A DNA stretch of 64,000 nt from NCBI GenBank assembly GCA_021432655.1, contig MU271322.1, forward strand, positions 1-64,000. Reading direction: 5' to 3'. This DNA comes from Atractiella rhizophila. Taxonomy: Eukaryota. The position numbers and the translations under genes were made by a program. The notes under the pieces were generated by a model. It saw nothing but the letters and a program-made list of their open reading frames with translations. It did no database searches and was not told the origin of the DNA. Positions 23,344 through 35,594 of the stretch are shown here, one piece after another. How positions within the stretch are numbered: position 1 is the first letter of the stretch; each line of letters opens with the position of its first letter.

Positions 23344-25769
23344 ATGACGCGCTCTTCTCACGATTCCAACCGCAAGAGCGCTGAGGCGGCGCCTGACCTG
23401 GAGAAAGAGAAGGATGCGGATCAGGAAGTGTACAAACTGGACGCATCAGACCCTGACAGTGCGATGCTTCTTCTTTCGCTCAAAGAAATAAACGCCCTGA
23501 TGGTTTATGGTAGGTAAAGGAGCGGTCCACTTCGATGAACATGGAAACGCTCTCATCGAATACGATAAGAAGGCAGAAGCGAGGTTGAGGCTGAAATTTG
23601 ACCTCTATATCATTCCCGTCGCCACCATCATGTACTGCTTCTGTTTTCTGGATCGCACGAATATTGGGTAAGTTACTCCTTTCTTAACAAACGGAGACTC
23701 AGGCTCTCTCAGGAACGCTCGTCTTGCTGGTACGCATGATCCATAACAAGCCCGGACGTAAACTAACACAGAAATCTGCAGGCCTAGAACGCGATTTGGG
23801 TCTGAAAGGTTACGAGTATGTATTGGTTATTCTACATTCGAAGTTTGCTGACGAGATCGTGCAGTTACAACACAGCTATTAGTATTTTCTTTGTACGCCT
23901 TCCCTAATGTCGGCTCTCGTTTCCTCATGTCTAACACCTCGCAGGTGGCATACATCGTTTTCGAACTACCTTCGAATGCTGTATGCAAGGTCAGCTTGAT
24001 CGTCTGTTATGCCCTCTAAGCACTAACGTTGTCCTATCCAGATAATCAGACCTGGACGATACATTCCGTTGTTGACAGTCTCGTGAGAGCATACTTTTTT
24101 TCTTGATTGTCATTCATGATTGTTGAAGCTTCGGATTGATTTCATTGTGCACGGCCTTTGTTGAATCCTACGCCGGTTTACTAGTTGTGCGATTTTTCTT
24201 GGGTGTTACCGAGGTGATCCTTTCGCCATTCAAACCGATGAGTTCCTTTGCATTGACCCCCTCATTCTTGATGTCAGGCCGGTATGCTACCTGGTATCGC
24301 GTTCTGGATGACAAGGTGGTACCGCAAAGACGAGCTCTCGTTCCGTTTGGGACTTTACATCGTCGCGTCTCCTCTGGTCTGTCTTTCGTTCCTATTTGCT
24401 CCATGCTGATGGTTTTCCAGGCGGGTGCTTTCGGCGGTCTACTTGCCTCCGGATTGCTGTCACTCAATGGAATTGGGACCATGTGTGTTCTACCTCATCC
24501 CCATGCTCACTCTGACTTGTGATAGACACACATGGAAGCAAATCTTTCTTGTCGAAGGTATCATTACGGTAGGCCTGGGCATCATAGGTTTCTTCCTCAT
24601 GACAGACCGGCCGGACTCTGCTCCATGGTTGACGAAGGAAGGCAAGCCTACGAGTACTCTTTCGCGAAGCCACACTTACCAATGGGGAGCAGAAAAAGCA
24701 TTGGCCGCCCTCAGGATCAAATCAGAGAACGTTGGGACGACTGTGGTTGTTGACACTTTGCGACGAAAAGTGTATTGGGGTGGAGTTCTGAATTTCAACG
24801 TGGCTATCATTGCTTTAATTTTCTTACTTAACAACATGTTCGATTTTCTACACCCTACATGATTGCTCGCTAACAGCGTTCAACGGTAGGATGGTCCAAG
24901 GCATCGCTGTCTTCCTCCCTACGTTGATCAATGCGCTTTATCCGGATAAGACGACCGTTCACAAGCAATTGCTGACGGTATGCCTTCCTCTCTTTAAGGA
25001 GAATACTCAAACGCGGACTTGCTTACGCCGGAATAGGTGCCGCCTTATATCGTTGGCGCGTTCTTTGTTGTCTTTGGCAACTTTTTGATATGGATGTTAC
25101 GCAGACGAGCCGTTAGTTCTAATTTTTACCTTTGTTGCCCTTATTCACCTACAACCAGATCATCATGTCATCGACTGCCTGCTTCTCCATCGTTGGATGT
25201 TCCTTGTACTTGGGGAGCAATTCCGTGAACGTTCGCTATGCAGGCACATTGTGTGTTTCGTTCTCTCTCTCTTACCGAAACTTATTCTCTCACAACTACA
25301 GTTTGATGATGGCCGGTGCTTTCCCCTTTGGCGGATACGTGAATGCATGGGCATCAAACAACCTCTCTCCTGATTCGGCTCGAGCAGGAGGAATTGCTGG
25401 AGGTGCGTCGCACTGACATCGCCTCTTTTAGCTATTTACGCACTAATGGAACATAGTGGTCATGGCTGGAAACATCGGCGGGCTGATTTCTGTGTGGCTC
25501 TTCCTCCCCAAGTACGCTCCCGACTTCGATCCCGGTCTTGGGACGTTGCTTGGAGGAGCGATCCTTCAAGCCACTCTCCCCCTCCTTCTATGGTGGTATC
25601 AGCAACGAGAAAATCGACTGAGAGCTAGCGGAGCAAGAGATCATAGGCTTGAAGGGTTGACTGAGGAGGAAAAATCTGTTTTGGGCCACAAGCACCCCGT
25701 ACGCATTCATCAGCTTATTATCTATGTCTAATCCTGACTTTTCTTCAGGGATTCCGATATGTTAGCTGA
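23344..25769 (+). CDS. MFS anion:cation symporter (Tna1/Dal5-like permease); very intron-rich
   Basis: LRLKFDLYIIP, CFLDRTNIG|NARLA, FELPSN, VRFFLGVTE|AGMLPG, WYRKDELSFRLG, AGAFGGLLASG, WKQIFLVEGIIT, GNIGGLISVW; ends HKHP|GFRYVS*. Confidence 0.92.
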
Positions 25770-25911
25770 AAAGTTTCCCACGACGAAAATGATACGACGG
25801 GACTCCGGAAGAGATGAATTGGTATACCCTCGAATATAATACACAGCGCGAACTGAAACGAATTCATGAAGTCTCACAACAATACAGGCAGCTTGCAAAC
25901 CTTCTCTTCAT

Positions 25912-27535
25912 TCACATTGAACTCCCACCTTGCTCCCCAGCATCTCCTTCAACGATACATATGGTATCAATCATTTTCAAGAACCTCCTCCTATACTCTT
26001 CCGGCTCAGCTGTAACCGTCATATCCCCATGTCCCGTGCTCCTGCCAAAGAGTCCGAAAGTATATGTCCACACTTTAGGTGTTAATTTATGTTTTGCCCA
26101 AAAGAAATCTAGGACTACCACTCGATAAGTCCACTCTCCCCGCGAATCCGTCATGCCAGTTCTCCAGTCCCCACTCTTGTCTTGTGCTCCAAGAGGTGGT
26201 GGAATATCTGAAAGAGGTCGAGATGCAGGATAGCGAACGAGGAAGAGGGAATAGTCTACTGCATTGTATTTACAAAGCAGGGCCGTATCCTGCGAAAGTT
26301 GGGAGCGGAAGGTGTCGAATTGCAACCGTGTGAGACGGACCTTGTCTGGAAACTCATCAATCAGTCGTTCCTTAACCCTTTCTGTTGTCAGGACGCCTCC
26401 AGCCAAATCCCGCTCAGGAAAAAAATAATCGTTTGGCTGCCCACACATCAGTTTCTCCCAAGTCAGACCCTCTCATGAATCTCCTACCTTGAGATCGTAT
26501 GTTTCCCATGTATCATCGAGCTTTCCGTAAAGCAAATTTTCCATCACCATATGTCGTGGAGGAGCCAGACCAAGAATGGATCCTAAGGTTGGAACGGGAG
26601 TGTAGAGGAAGTCGGTGATGCGAACGAGGATGGAAGAGGGATGACTTTCGTTATGTTCGACATAAGGAGCCAGAAGATCTTGTTGGAAGAATGTGTATTC
26701 AAATCGACGCGGAAGGGATTTAATTAGGAGTTTAGAGCTCGGCGTTGTGAAAAATGTCTAGCACATCAGCGGTAAGTCAATGTCAGCTTGGCGGCCGTTT
26801 GCAGGTTACTGCATTAGGGAGTTAGCGTAATGAGTGGCAAAGAACAGACGAAGGAGGCACAGTAAGCAAGTTACAATCTCGCATTCGTTGACTTTTCTCG
26901 TTCCACAGCTAGGGTCTACTAGCTCTTTAATGACTGAAGCAAGGATCAAGCATCGAGAAAGTCCTCTAGCCAATGATGTTTGGCATGCTAGGATCTCCAC
27001 GAGTACAATGCCGTCTGAAAAGGTGTCAAACCATTAACGCTTCATCTTAGCACCAGTGAGATGGTTCAGAAATCAATGTGTGCCAGGATCTAGGAATTAA
27101 ATATATATATATTGTTGAAATGAAATGTATGACAACTTTCCAGTTATGAAGGTGGTGTAAGTAATAAACTCGAAAGCAAGTACTCACGGATCCTGAATAT
27201 CCCAAGTCTCCCACTGCGTTCAACTTTCCAACGCGAAAGCTCTCCGTATATTCCTCTTCATCAAATGCCCAAACATCCTTCCTCAAATGCTTGAACACCT
27301 CTGATTTGAACCGCACGAGGAGCAGGTGGAAGAAGGAGAAGAATGCCCAAATCTTCGCCAGGAATGAAAGAGCGACTGGCTCCTGGAATTCAAAGATCGC
27401 TTTGAGCACAGATTTTGAGACTGCGTTGGCTCTGAATCCCATGCTGAGTGGGCTGAAGCTGCTTTGGCCTCTGATGGTAGTGTTGCTGTCCAAGTTGAAG
27501 CAGGTTACGTCATATTTTGAAGGAACATTGTCCAT
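25912..27535 (-). CDS. Atypical small PIP kinase (PIP5K/SAICAR-synthase-like fold); 430-nt intron at 26758-27187
   Basis: FKHLRKDVW, GDLGYSGS|TFFTT, LLIKS, HPSSILVRI, MVMENL, YDLK|P, QDTALLCKYNAVDYSLFL, VLDFFW, VTAEPEEYRRRFLKMI; these parallel the PIPK motifs GKSGSFF, IIKT, MNNL, DLKG, MDYSLL and P..Y..RF. Confidence 0.82.
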
Positions 27536-29032
27536 TTCCTTTTCTGGAAGATCTCACGCGTCGCGTCTGGTGTAGAACAAATATGTCTGTGTAGTACGAT
27601 ATTGGCCATACTCCCAATTGCGCCAACACCTCCAACAGCTCTCTCCTACTTCTGTGCAGTCGAATCACGTTTGCGTTGTTTAAGCGAAAAAGGCATTGTG
27701 CTGACATTTCCTCTGCGCCGTGGGTGGGACAATGTTTGGTCCGTTGCTTCTTCCGTAGTTTGAGATATAGTAGGTGGTCAAAGCGGACGCCTGTGATTGC
27801 GTAGTAAATGCGACTGCTTCAACATACTAGGCGTACAAAATCAAAATCACTTGTAATTCTCCGTTCGCCAGCGCAGTCAGAGCGTGTCTAGCAACCAAAG
27901 CCAATCTCGACACTTTCGAAGCTGCAATGGAAGTAACATCTGATTTCGTGATGTTACTAGTCCAAGACGTTGGGTATCCGAATTCCCAATTCTAGCGTTA
28001 CCTCTTGCACGTCTTCCTCTGCTCGGCCGCTTCAGAGCCAAGGTTCTGGCCGCGCTTCACAGCGCATGAATAACATTGTGTATTCGAAGTTTCTCGCTTC
28101 TTAGAGATGTCTGGAGGTATTTACAGGTGAAGTCACCGATGGACGACAAGTTGAATAGTTGTCCCATATTCCGATAACTTAATACGGAGCCAACATGGAG
28201 ATGTTTATTAAACGGAAGCCATTGGTTGAACTCGGAATCAATCAATGATTAGGAGTTATGTCTTTCCATCACCTCCACTTCAAGGGAAATGTTCTTTGAA
28301 GCAAAGCAATATCAATCCTTCCAATCTTCGCCTTACAGTAACAGTAACATTGTCCGCATTGTTGTATTTGTCCGAGCTACTTACTTGTCCAACCCGGCGC
28401 ATGGCGTGTCGTGTTCAGCGTACACAGATCCTTCTACCTGTTTCGTTCGAAGGAATCGGTGACCCTCGAAGCTTTACTCGGCATCGCCAACATGTCTCAA
28501 ATTCAAACTCAGCCGAAAACTCAGCCCTTTCTTTCCCGATGCACTAACCTTCATCCCGTCACCATCTAAGTCTAGCCCAAGCTCACGGTCGCTTCCGTTT
28601 TCAGCTTCCAACTGCTCCCACAGCTTCGAAATCTGCCTTCACGTCACCCAAGATTCTTTTCATTTTCCTGTCCAGAATCACCTCATGTCAGAACGTCTTG
28701 TGCGGGAGCGGCTGAAACGATTTGGAACCGGGGTTTATGAACATCGCTCCAGCACTCCCCGCAGACTCCGCCTCCCTGCTCGTGGTTCTTAAACGGAAGC
28801 TTTTCTGTTCACGACAGTGTCCTCCGCTACAAATAGAAAAGTTGTTGGTTGACCCTCGAGCGCCAAACAACCTTTCCTTGGTACATAAAGTGCTGTCGCC
28901 ATTTTGCGTTTGCAACTCCCCTTTTGTTGTTGGACGAATCTGTACCCTATCGTTTCCTGAGTGCCTCTTCTCGCGTAGTCACTTGGGACCAAGCCTGTAT
29001 TTCACCTTCACTCCTTCCAGCCTCAACTTTTC

Positions 29033-30327
29033 ATGGCTTCTGCACCACCCTTTGACGCGGCAGGAGTTTTGGGGTCAGTTTTTTCTTCCTTCGCGAGACC
29101 AGCCTTTGAAGCTTGAAACGGAGTAAAGCCCTTGGCTCGTCGGTGCGCTCGCGTCCAGCGCGCTAGGAGGGTTGGTAATGACACAGTCGTTTGGATATTA
29201 CATCCGATATCCAAAGGTGATCTTGTCGTTTTGTCTTCTCCGACTCTTCAGGCTGAAGTCCTTCCCAGGACCGCTTGGTCTATAAACTCCTAGTCCTAGC
29301 TCTCTCTGTCGGGTCGATAACGGCATGGGCACTCAACATCGCTTTGGTGTGGTTCTACTGCATCACGACGCGGAACGACAACTCCCTCCTCGCCCACCCA
29401 CCGTCGTATCAACGCCCTCTCACCCTGTTCCCGGTGTGGTGCATCTTCTTCTCGCAGTGCTACTTCGCACATCGCTGCTGGCTCTTCCTTCAACGCTCCA
29501 TCCTCGTCGGCGTCGTCCTTGCCGTCCTCATCCTCGCATCCTTGGCCACAGGTCTCGCCGACTTTATCATCTTCCAAAAACTCTTCATTGGCATTGGCCA
29601 AACTCTCAACGCCCACATTGTAGACCAAGTCCAGGTCGTCCTGGAACTCAATCTTTGGGTTGTGGCCGCCTCCGACCTGCTCATCTCTGGAATCCTGGCG
29701 TACAAGCTAAGAGCATCGAAAGGAAACTTTAACAATGCGTACGTTTCTTTCTATTATTGCCAATGTATGGGTCATGACCTGAGGACAATATAGGACGGAC
29801 TCGTTGCTTCTTCGACTCATTCAGATGGCCATGACCACCGCTGCATTCACGGCACTCATTTCCATCTCAGACGCAGTCGTATTTGCAGTCACTTGTTTGT
29901 CTTCTCTCTCCCTGCATACCATATTCACTCACTCACACGGCGTTACAGCTCTATCGTCCAATGCCCATTTGGCACTTTACGTCTTGCACCCTCACACCTA
30001 CGCTCTGACCACCATCTTCTCACTCAACACGCGCAAATCCTTAAAAGAGGAACTCGATGCTTCCCGCACTCCCGTCTCCGGGAACAACATCACAGATCAA
30101 GGAACACCCAAAGCGACCTTCAAGCTGACGAATCTGTCACGTCCCGGAGGAGGGCCAACGGACGGAGTGCGTGTCCATGTGACGACATTCATGGAGGAGG
30201 ATGTCGAGAAGAACCATTCAGAAAAATATCCGAGAGAGGTACGCGCCTTGTTTCCCGTTTCATTTTGTAAGAAAGGGAATGCTAATTTTTTGGATTGAAG
30301 GACGTGGATCAAGCATATGCGGTATAG
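29033..30327 (+). CDS. Fungal multi-pass (about 7 TM) membrane protein, DUF6534-like; multi-exon
   Basis: Spliced MASAPPFDAAGVLG|PWLVG...TQSFGYYIRYPK|DRLVYKLLV, SQCYFAHRCW, AASDLLISGILAYKL, T.SLLLRLIQMAMTT, YALTTIFSLNTRKSLK. Confidence 0.82.
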
Positions 30328-31009
30328 GTTTGCTCCCAGTCCTAGGATTGCCTCCTGCGGTACCTCAGTATCGGATTGTATAAGAGTCTTTGGTAATTTT
30401 GGAATTTTGGTCGTTGTAGTGTATTGTAGAAAGCGGTATAAATTTTACCATCTAGGAATAGTTGTTTGTCCTCCAACATCGTCTCCCTTCTCGTGATTCA
30501 GTGCTATCTCATCAACTAAGGATGGAAGTTAACACAAGCATCGCAGCATAAAGAGGTTGAATCGCAAAAATAAGAGAGCCGTGATGGAACAAAGAGTAGC
30601 GTCTCAAGCGGCTGAATTTAACAAGTACGTTGAACTCTCACGTAAGAGCGCCAGCAGCTGCATGCGTCTCTGCCAGAATTTCTTCCTTCACAAGAGAAAG
30701 CGGCTCCTTCAGACCCAATATTTCTTTAACGTCGAGGCACATAACCGGAGAAAAGTTATAGCTCGTGTTCCAAATGCTAAAAGTTATGAGACTTATCCAC
30801 AATATTGATGTGTTCAACAGGAGGGATTCCCTGCTCACGGAAGCACTTCAGTAGAAAAGTGAATGCGGTATGCAATTTACAGATGCAGTAATTATCAATA
30901 ATGACCTCCTCAATTCTGTCCATAATTCCTCTCAGAATCCGCATCCTAATCGAACCAATCGAGAAATGAGATGACGCACCCTGTTCCTCTATCTCTCTAT
31001 AAGCAAATG

Positions 31010-31377
31010 TTATCGAACCTTCTTCCCACCCAGCTCCTCCGGCACCTCCACATCCGCCAACGTCCTCAAAGGCTCCGTCTTCCGGCTCTCCTCCACCATC
31101 CCACTCAGTCCCTTCTCCTCCAGCGCTCTCTGCTCACTCATCATCAACACCTCCACCACCACGACCAAAACGGGAGACGGACTTTGATACAGCTTTCGTA
31201 GACTCTCCAAACGGCGCCACATTCTCCCTCGAGCTCTGCTGCCTTGGCCTCCATCTGTCTGTCTTTGGAGGGCGACGGTGGCTGGGAGGAGACGAGGAGG
31301 TAGGAAGAGAACCAGCGGTTGAAGCAGGTGTCGTATGCCTGTTTAGCTGGCGTACACGTGTCTGAGAGCGAGTTCAT
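31010..31377 (-). CDS. MDM35: Mitochondrial intermembrane twin-Cx9C protein Mdm35/TRIAP1; 1 intron
   Basis: MNSLSDTCTPAKQAYDTCFNRWFSSYL...ECGAVWRVYESCIK|RALEEKGL. Confidence 0.92.
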
Positions 31378-31624
31378 TGCCCAACAAGTGCTCTTCTGCT
31401 TGCCTTGACCAGAGGAATGTCCTGTTCTTTTCACGTTGCGTCGGCGAGGACGGCAATACTGAATACAGAAATGGCAGCAGTAAAGTTGGAAAAACGACGA
31501 TCCATGACACACTTTTTGCTGGGAGCCCCTCCACACCGACTGGCCTGTTGCATTCCCTCGGAGGATGAACAGACGCAGTGCCCATCGGATGCACGCGTGA
31601 CTGACTCTGATACTCTTAGACTGA

Positions 31625-34600
31625 ATGGCGGACGAGCTCGAATTGGGTGGGTTGGGGTTGGGGCTGAAGAGGAAGACGAGGGCGGACGGTGAGGTCAATC
31701 CTCCGTCTATCGTCAGGGACTATGCTGTTGGGGCTGGGAGAGGACGGGTGGGAAGTATGAGCACGATTAGACCTACGTTGAGCAGGCCGCTGGTACCTTT
31801 GGCGACCAATCCTCTGGAAGAGGTCGATTTGGCCGACTTGACCAGCCATCTTCCCGTCGATTCCATCATCGCAACAGCTCCACATGCTCCTGCTCCTGTT
31901 CCTCTCAGTCCAAAAGCCAAAGGAAAGCAGCGTGCCGTGACACCTCCTAGAGCACCCAATGGAGATGCAGATGCGGATGCGGATGGGGAAGAAGAAGGTG
32001 AAGCGGAGGACGAGGATGAAGATCACCGTGCTAGGACACCTGAAAACCCACATTTCTCCCGACACACGCATCCGGACTATTTCCATCGAGACGGACGACG
32101 TCGTCGCCGTCCAAAGTTCACAAAGCGCGAGAGGGGACGGAGAGGACCCGTGAGACGGTTTTCCGTCGGCTCGAACCAACAGGAGGACGTGAGGAGTATC
32201 AAGGGTTGGATCAAGAGGAAGAAAAGGAGGGCAAGGTCAAAAGCGAGCGATGGGTCGACAGATTCAGATTCGGATTCAGACTCGTCCTCGAGCTCGAGCT
32301 CTACCTCTTCCAGTTCGAGTTCGAGTTCGAGTTCGAGCGGATCGGGAAGGAAGACGAAGAGCAGGAGGTCGAAATCTATCTTCTCCATTCGCTCCCACAG
32401 GTCGTCGTCGTCCGCTTCTGGCTCTTCGAGCTCGTCAAGCTCAAGTTCAACCTCCTCCTCCTCCTCCTCCAACGCATCCACCCGCAGTTCCGCGACATGG
32501 CGCGGCTGGCGTTTCTGGCGACCGAACCACTCCTCCTCTTCCTCCTCCAGCTCCAGTTCCAGCTCATCCTCCTCTTCCGATTCCTCCACCTCCCATCCAC
32601 GCTCACAACGACGTAGACGGACCATAAATCCTAGGAAGAGGCGGGACAATAAGACAAAAGTCACGCTCCTCCTTCCTTCCCTTACTTACGAGCCCAACCT
32701 CGACCATATCGCTCCCTTCCTCAACCCACAGTCCAGGGACCAATCGACGGCTTCGGCTCCACAGTTGGGTCGACACCCATACCCTTTCACGGACGATCGA
32801 CACGCCGACCGCCTCCGTTCTCACTCCCCACCAGTCTCACCCACCCATCCTCTACCTCTACCACCAGCACGCTCTTCGACGGCTCCGACAAGCTCACCGA
32901 CGACGACGACTACGACGACGAAGACGAAGAACGCGGTGTTCACACTCTCCCACCCCCCCTCGTTCCCGTCCGCCCTCTCCGAACTAAAGAGCTTCTCGTC
33001 TCGTCGACAAGCTTTGTTCGATTCCCCGATCGGGGAACATGACCTGTCTGTGAAAGCGGGATGGGAGGCGTTGGGGATCGGAAATGCGGCGTGGTGGATG
33101 GACGTGGAGAGGCCGAAGATGAGGGATATGAGGTTGATGGGAGAGATGTTGGATGTTAAGCTTCATCCGTTGACGATTGAGGATATCCTCTTGAATGATT
33201 CGCCGGAGAAGACGGAGGTTTTTGAGAGCTTGGGGTATTATTTTGTCGTGTTTAAAGCGGATAAGGAGGAGAGAGTGGAGATGGATTGGAGGGAGGAGGA
33301 GAAAGGCGTCACGGTTTTTTTGGTCGTTTTTAAGGATGGCATTTTGACGGTGAGTCTCTCTATACTTTTCTTTTGTGGAAAGGCTGATGGATACTTTTAG
33401 TTCCATTTCGACGATATATCCCTTCATATGAAGACCGTCCAAGACAAGATACAGCGTTTCGGAGTCGCACGACAAATCAGTTCTCGTCCGTTTCCTCTCT
33501 ACTCCTGCCATTTGCCTGCACTGACCGGACGATGAATGACAGATTGGATATGCTACGGCCTCATGGACTCCATCGTCGACTCCTTCTTCCCCATCGTCGA
33601 CTTCTTAGAAGGCGAATGCAGAAGCGATAGACGACTACCTCGTGGATCCACTCGGATCAACGTATGAGAGCACCATCCTCTCTCGTTTTCGGGCGGAGGG
33701 AGCGAAGCTCCTCGGTATCCAACTGGGAGCCTATACCCCCGGCTGATCATAAACATCCGGAGTCGCAGCAGGTGTTGATCGTCGAACGGAGGAGGAAGAA
33801 GTATTGGTCGGTCCTCCCCATTCGGAAGAGGACGATTGAGAGGATCTTGCCTGCGTGGGTTGTCAAGAGGTTGAAGTGGATGGGAGATTGGGAGGAGAGG
33901 GAAGAAGTGGATGAGGTCGAGTTGAAGGTTAAGGTGGATCAGAATTCGGGGGAGGTGGGGAGTAGAGTGGTGGAGGAGAGGAAGAGCGAGGAGAGGAGGA
34001 GAGGGAAGGGTGAGGAGGAGAAGAATAAATATAACATGCTGTTCAGGATCGCGAGGATGCGAAGGCTGGTGAACGGCTTGTCGAAGTTATTGGAGGGTAA
34101 ACAGGCTGTGGTCACCAGATTGAGGAAGAGGAGGGGTTGGATGGAGGACTTGCTTGGGAATCAAGGAAATGAGGGGTTGAAGCATGACATGGGCATCTAC
34201 CTTGGTGATTTAGAAGGTCCGTCGTTCCCTTTCCCAATCATCTTAGTGGAGCGTTGATGGATGCGATGCTTAAACAGATCACGTTCTGACGATGCAACAA
34301 TCCCTTACTTTCTTCGAAGTGACATTAGCGCACGACCATCCCCTCTACCTCTCCGTCCTCCGCCTCTCCCTCGAGCGAACCAAGAACGTGACCGACATCC
34401 GACTGATCGGCCTATCCATCGTCACTTTCACCTTCCTCCAGATCGTCCTCCTCACTTCCACTTTCTCTCTAAACGTGGAGGTGCCACACAACGGCGACAG
34501 GCAAACTCATAGACTCCCAGATGGGAGCCGATCTCCATTCACCACCTTTTATTTGATCCTTGCTGGAATCGTTGTTATCTGCGCCATCACATGGAGCCTT

Positions 34601-34672
34601 GCTTATTGGATGATGAACAAGTATTATTGGAGCAAGAGGCGGAAGGGCAAGACTTATTTGAAAAACGCTTAA
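31625..34672 (+). CDS. CorA-family divalent cation transporter (Mnr2/Alr-like) with a long Ser-rich N-terminus; 3 introns
   Basis: WWMDVERP, LHPLTIEDIL, EKTEVFESLGYYFVVF, VFLVVFKDGILT|FHF, DWICYGLMDSIVDSFFP, IYLGDLE|DHV; two C-terminal TM helices separated by FSLNVEVP. Confidence 0.9.
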
Positions 34673-34976
34673 TATTCTTCACTTCTATTTCTTGATGAGA
34701 TATTATACCTGCGGGATTGGATTAGGACTAGAGCACACGGTTTCTTGCAGATATGTTTTCGTCGTCATTCAGCAGTGCCTTTTGGTGCTTCGCTTCGTTA
34801 GACGTGCCTCATCCATCCCCAAAAGAGTACAGCAATCGTTTCAGTCTCAATTCTCGCCGCCGCATGTAGTTACATTCATCGTCGTCGTCTCATAAGAGAT
34901 GTGCAATCCTTATCCGTCTCATTTATTCCTACCTCCGACTGTGAAGTGTGTGCTTTCCTTCCGCTCCTATTCAAGC

Positions 34977-35594
34977 TTAGGTGCAAGGACGATTTCGATC
35001 GATGACTACGTGTCCAGGAGCTTTCCCATTCTTCCATGGAATCTGTAACGTCTCTGTCCCACTCTCCCACACGCTGTCGTGCCCAACCTTCGATGTACCA
35101 ACCACATCAGTAGCGATCAGAATGTCTCCTGCGTATGCCCTGAAAGGTTCGGAATCCGTGAGATTCGGGAAGGTAACGGTGACACCGCCGGAGAGTAGGA
35201 CGACATATTCTGTAACATTCGCTATCAGCTTTCTTGGAGGAAGGAATAAATGAGAAAACGAACGACGAGCCGGTGCATTGTGCAATCCAGCATCATGCCT
35301 TTCTCCAATCGGGTACTGAGTGTAAGAAGCGTTGGCGAGATCTCCAAGTTGGAGAATGTTGTTTCCTATCGTTCCGCTCTGCGAGGAGTTCGTGAATCCG
35401 GGTTGGATCGCCCAACATTGAGCGTGGGAAATTCCTTCGCTGCCCCCAGTCCCTATGATGGCTGTGAGGAAGAGGGTGGAATTCGGCGCGATGGTTGAAG
35501 GATTTAGACTTCTGGTTTCGAGAGGCGGCAGAGCACTCGCGGAGGGAAAGTCGAATAGCGTCAGAAGCGTCGTCGTGAGGATGGCGGTTATCAT
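34977..35594 (-). CDS. Small secreted protein, probably cupin-like; 1 in-frame intron
   Basis: Signal peptide MITAILTTTLLTLFDFPSASA; LTAI...SHAQCW, GLHNAPAR|QYVVLLSG, IATDVVGTSKVGH; ends RPCT*. Confidence 0.78.
   Translation of the reverse strand: MITAILTTTLLTLFDFPSASALPPLETRSLNPSTIAPNSTLFLTAIIGTGGSEGISHAQCWAIQPGFTNSSQSGTIGNNILQLGDLANASYTQYPIGERHDAGLHNAPARRSFSHLFLPPRKLIANVTEYVVLLSGGVTVTFPNLTDSEPFRAYAGDILIATDVVGTSKVGHDSVWESGTETLQIPWKNGKAPGHVVIDRNRPCT

Noticed and set aside
30557..30808. Small ORF with an intron-like segment between the DUF6534-like gene and MDM35
   Set aside because: The spliced product would be about 41 aa with no recognisable motif or CAAX box; unsupported.
32077..32664. 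Glu/Leu-repeat ORF on the minus strand
   Set aside because: Reverse complement of the poly-Ser tracts of the CorA-like gene.
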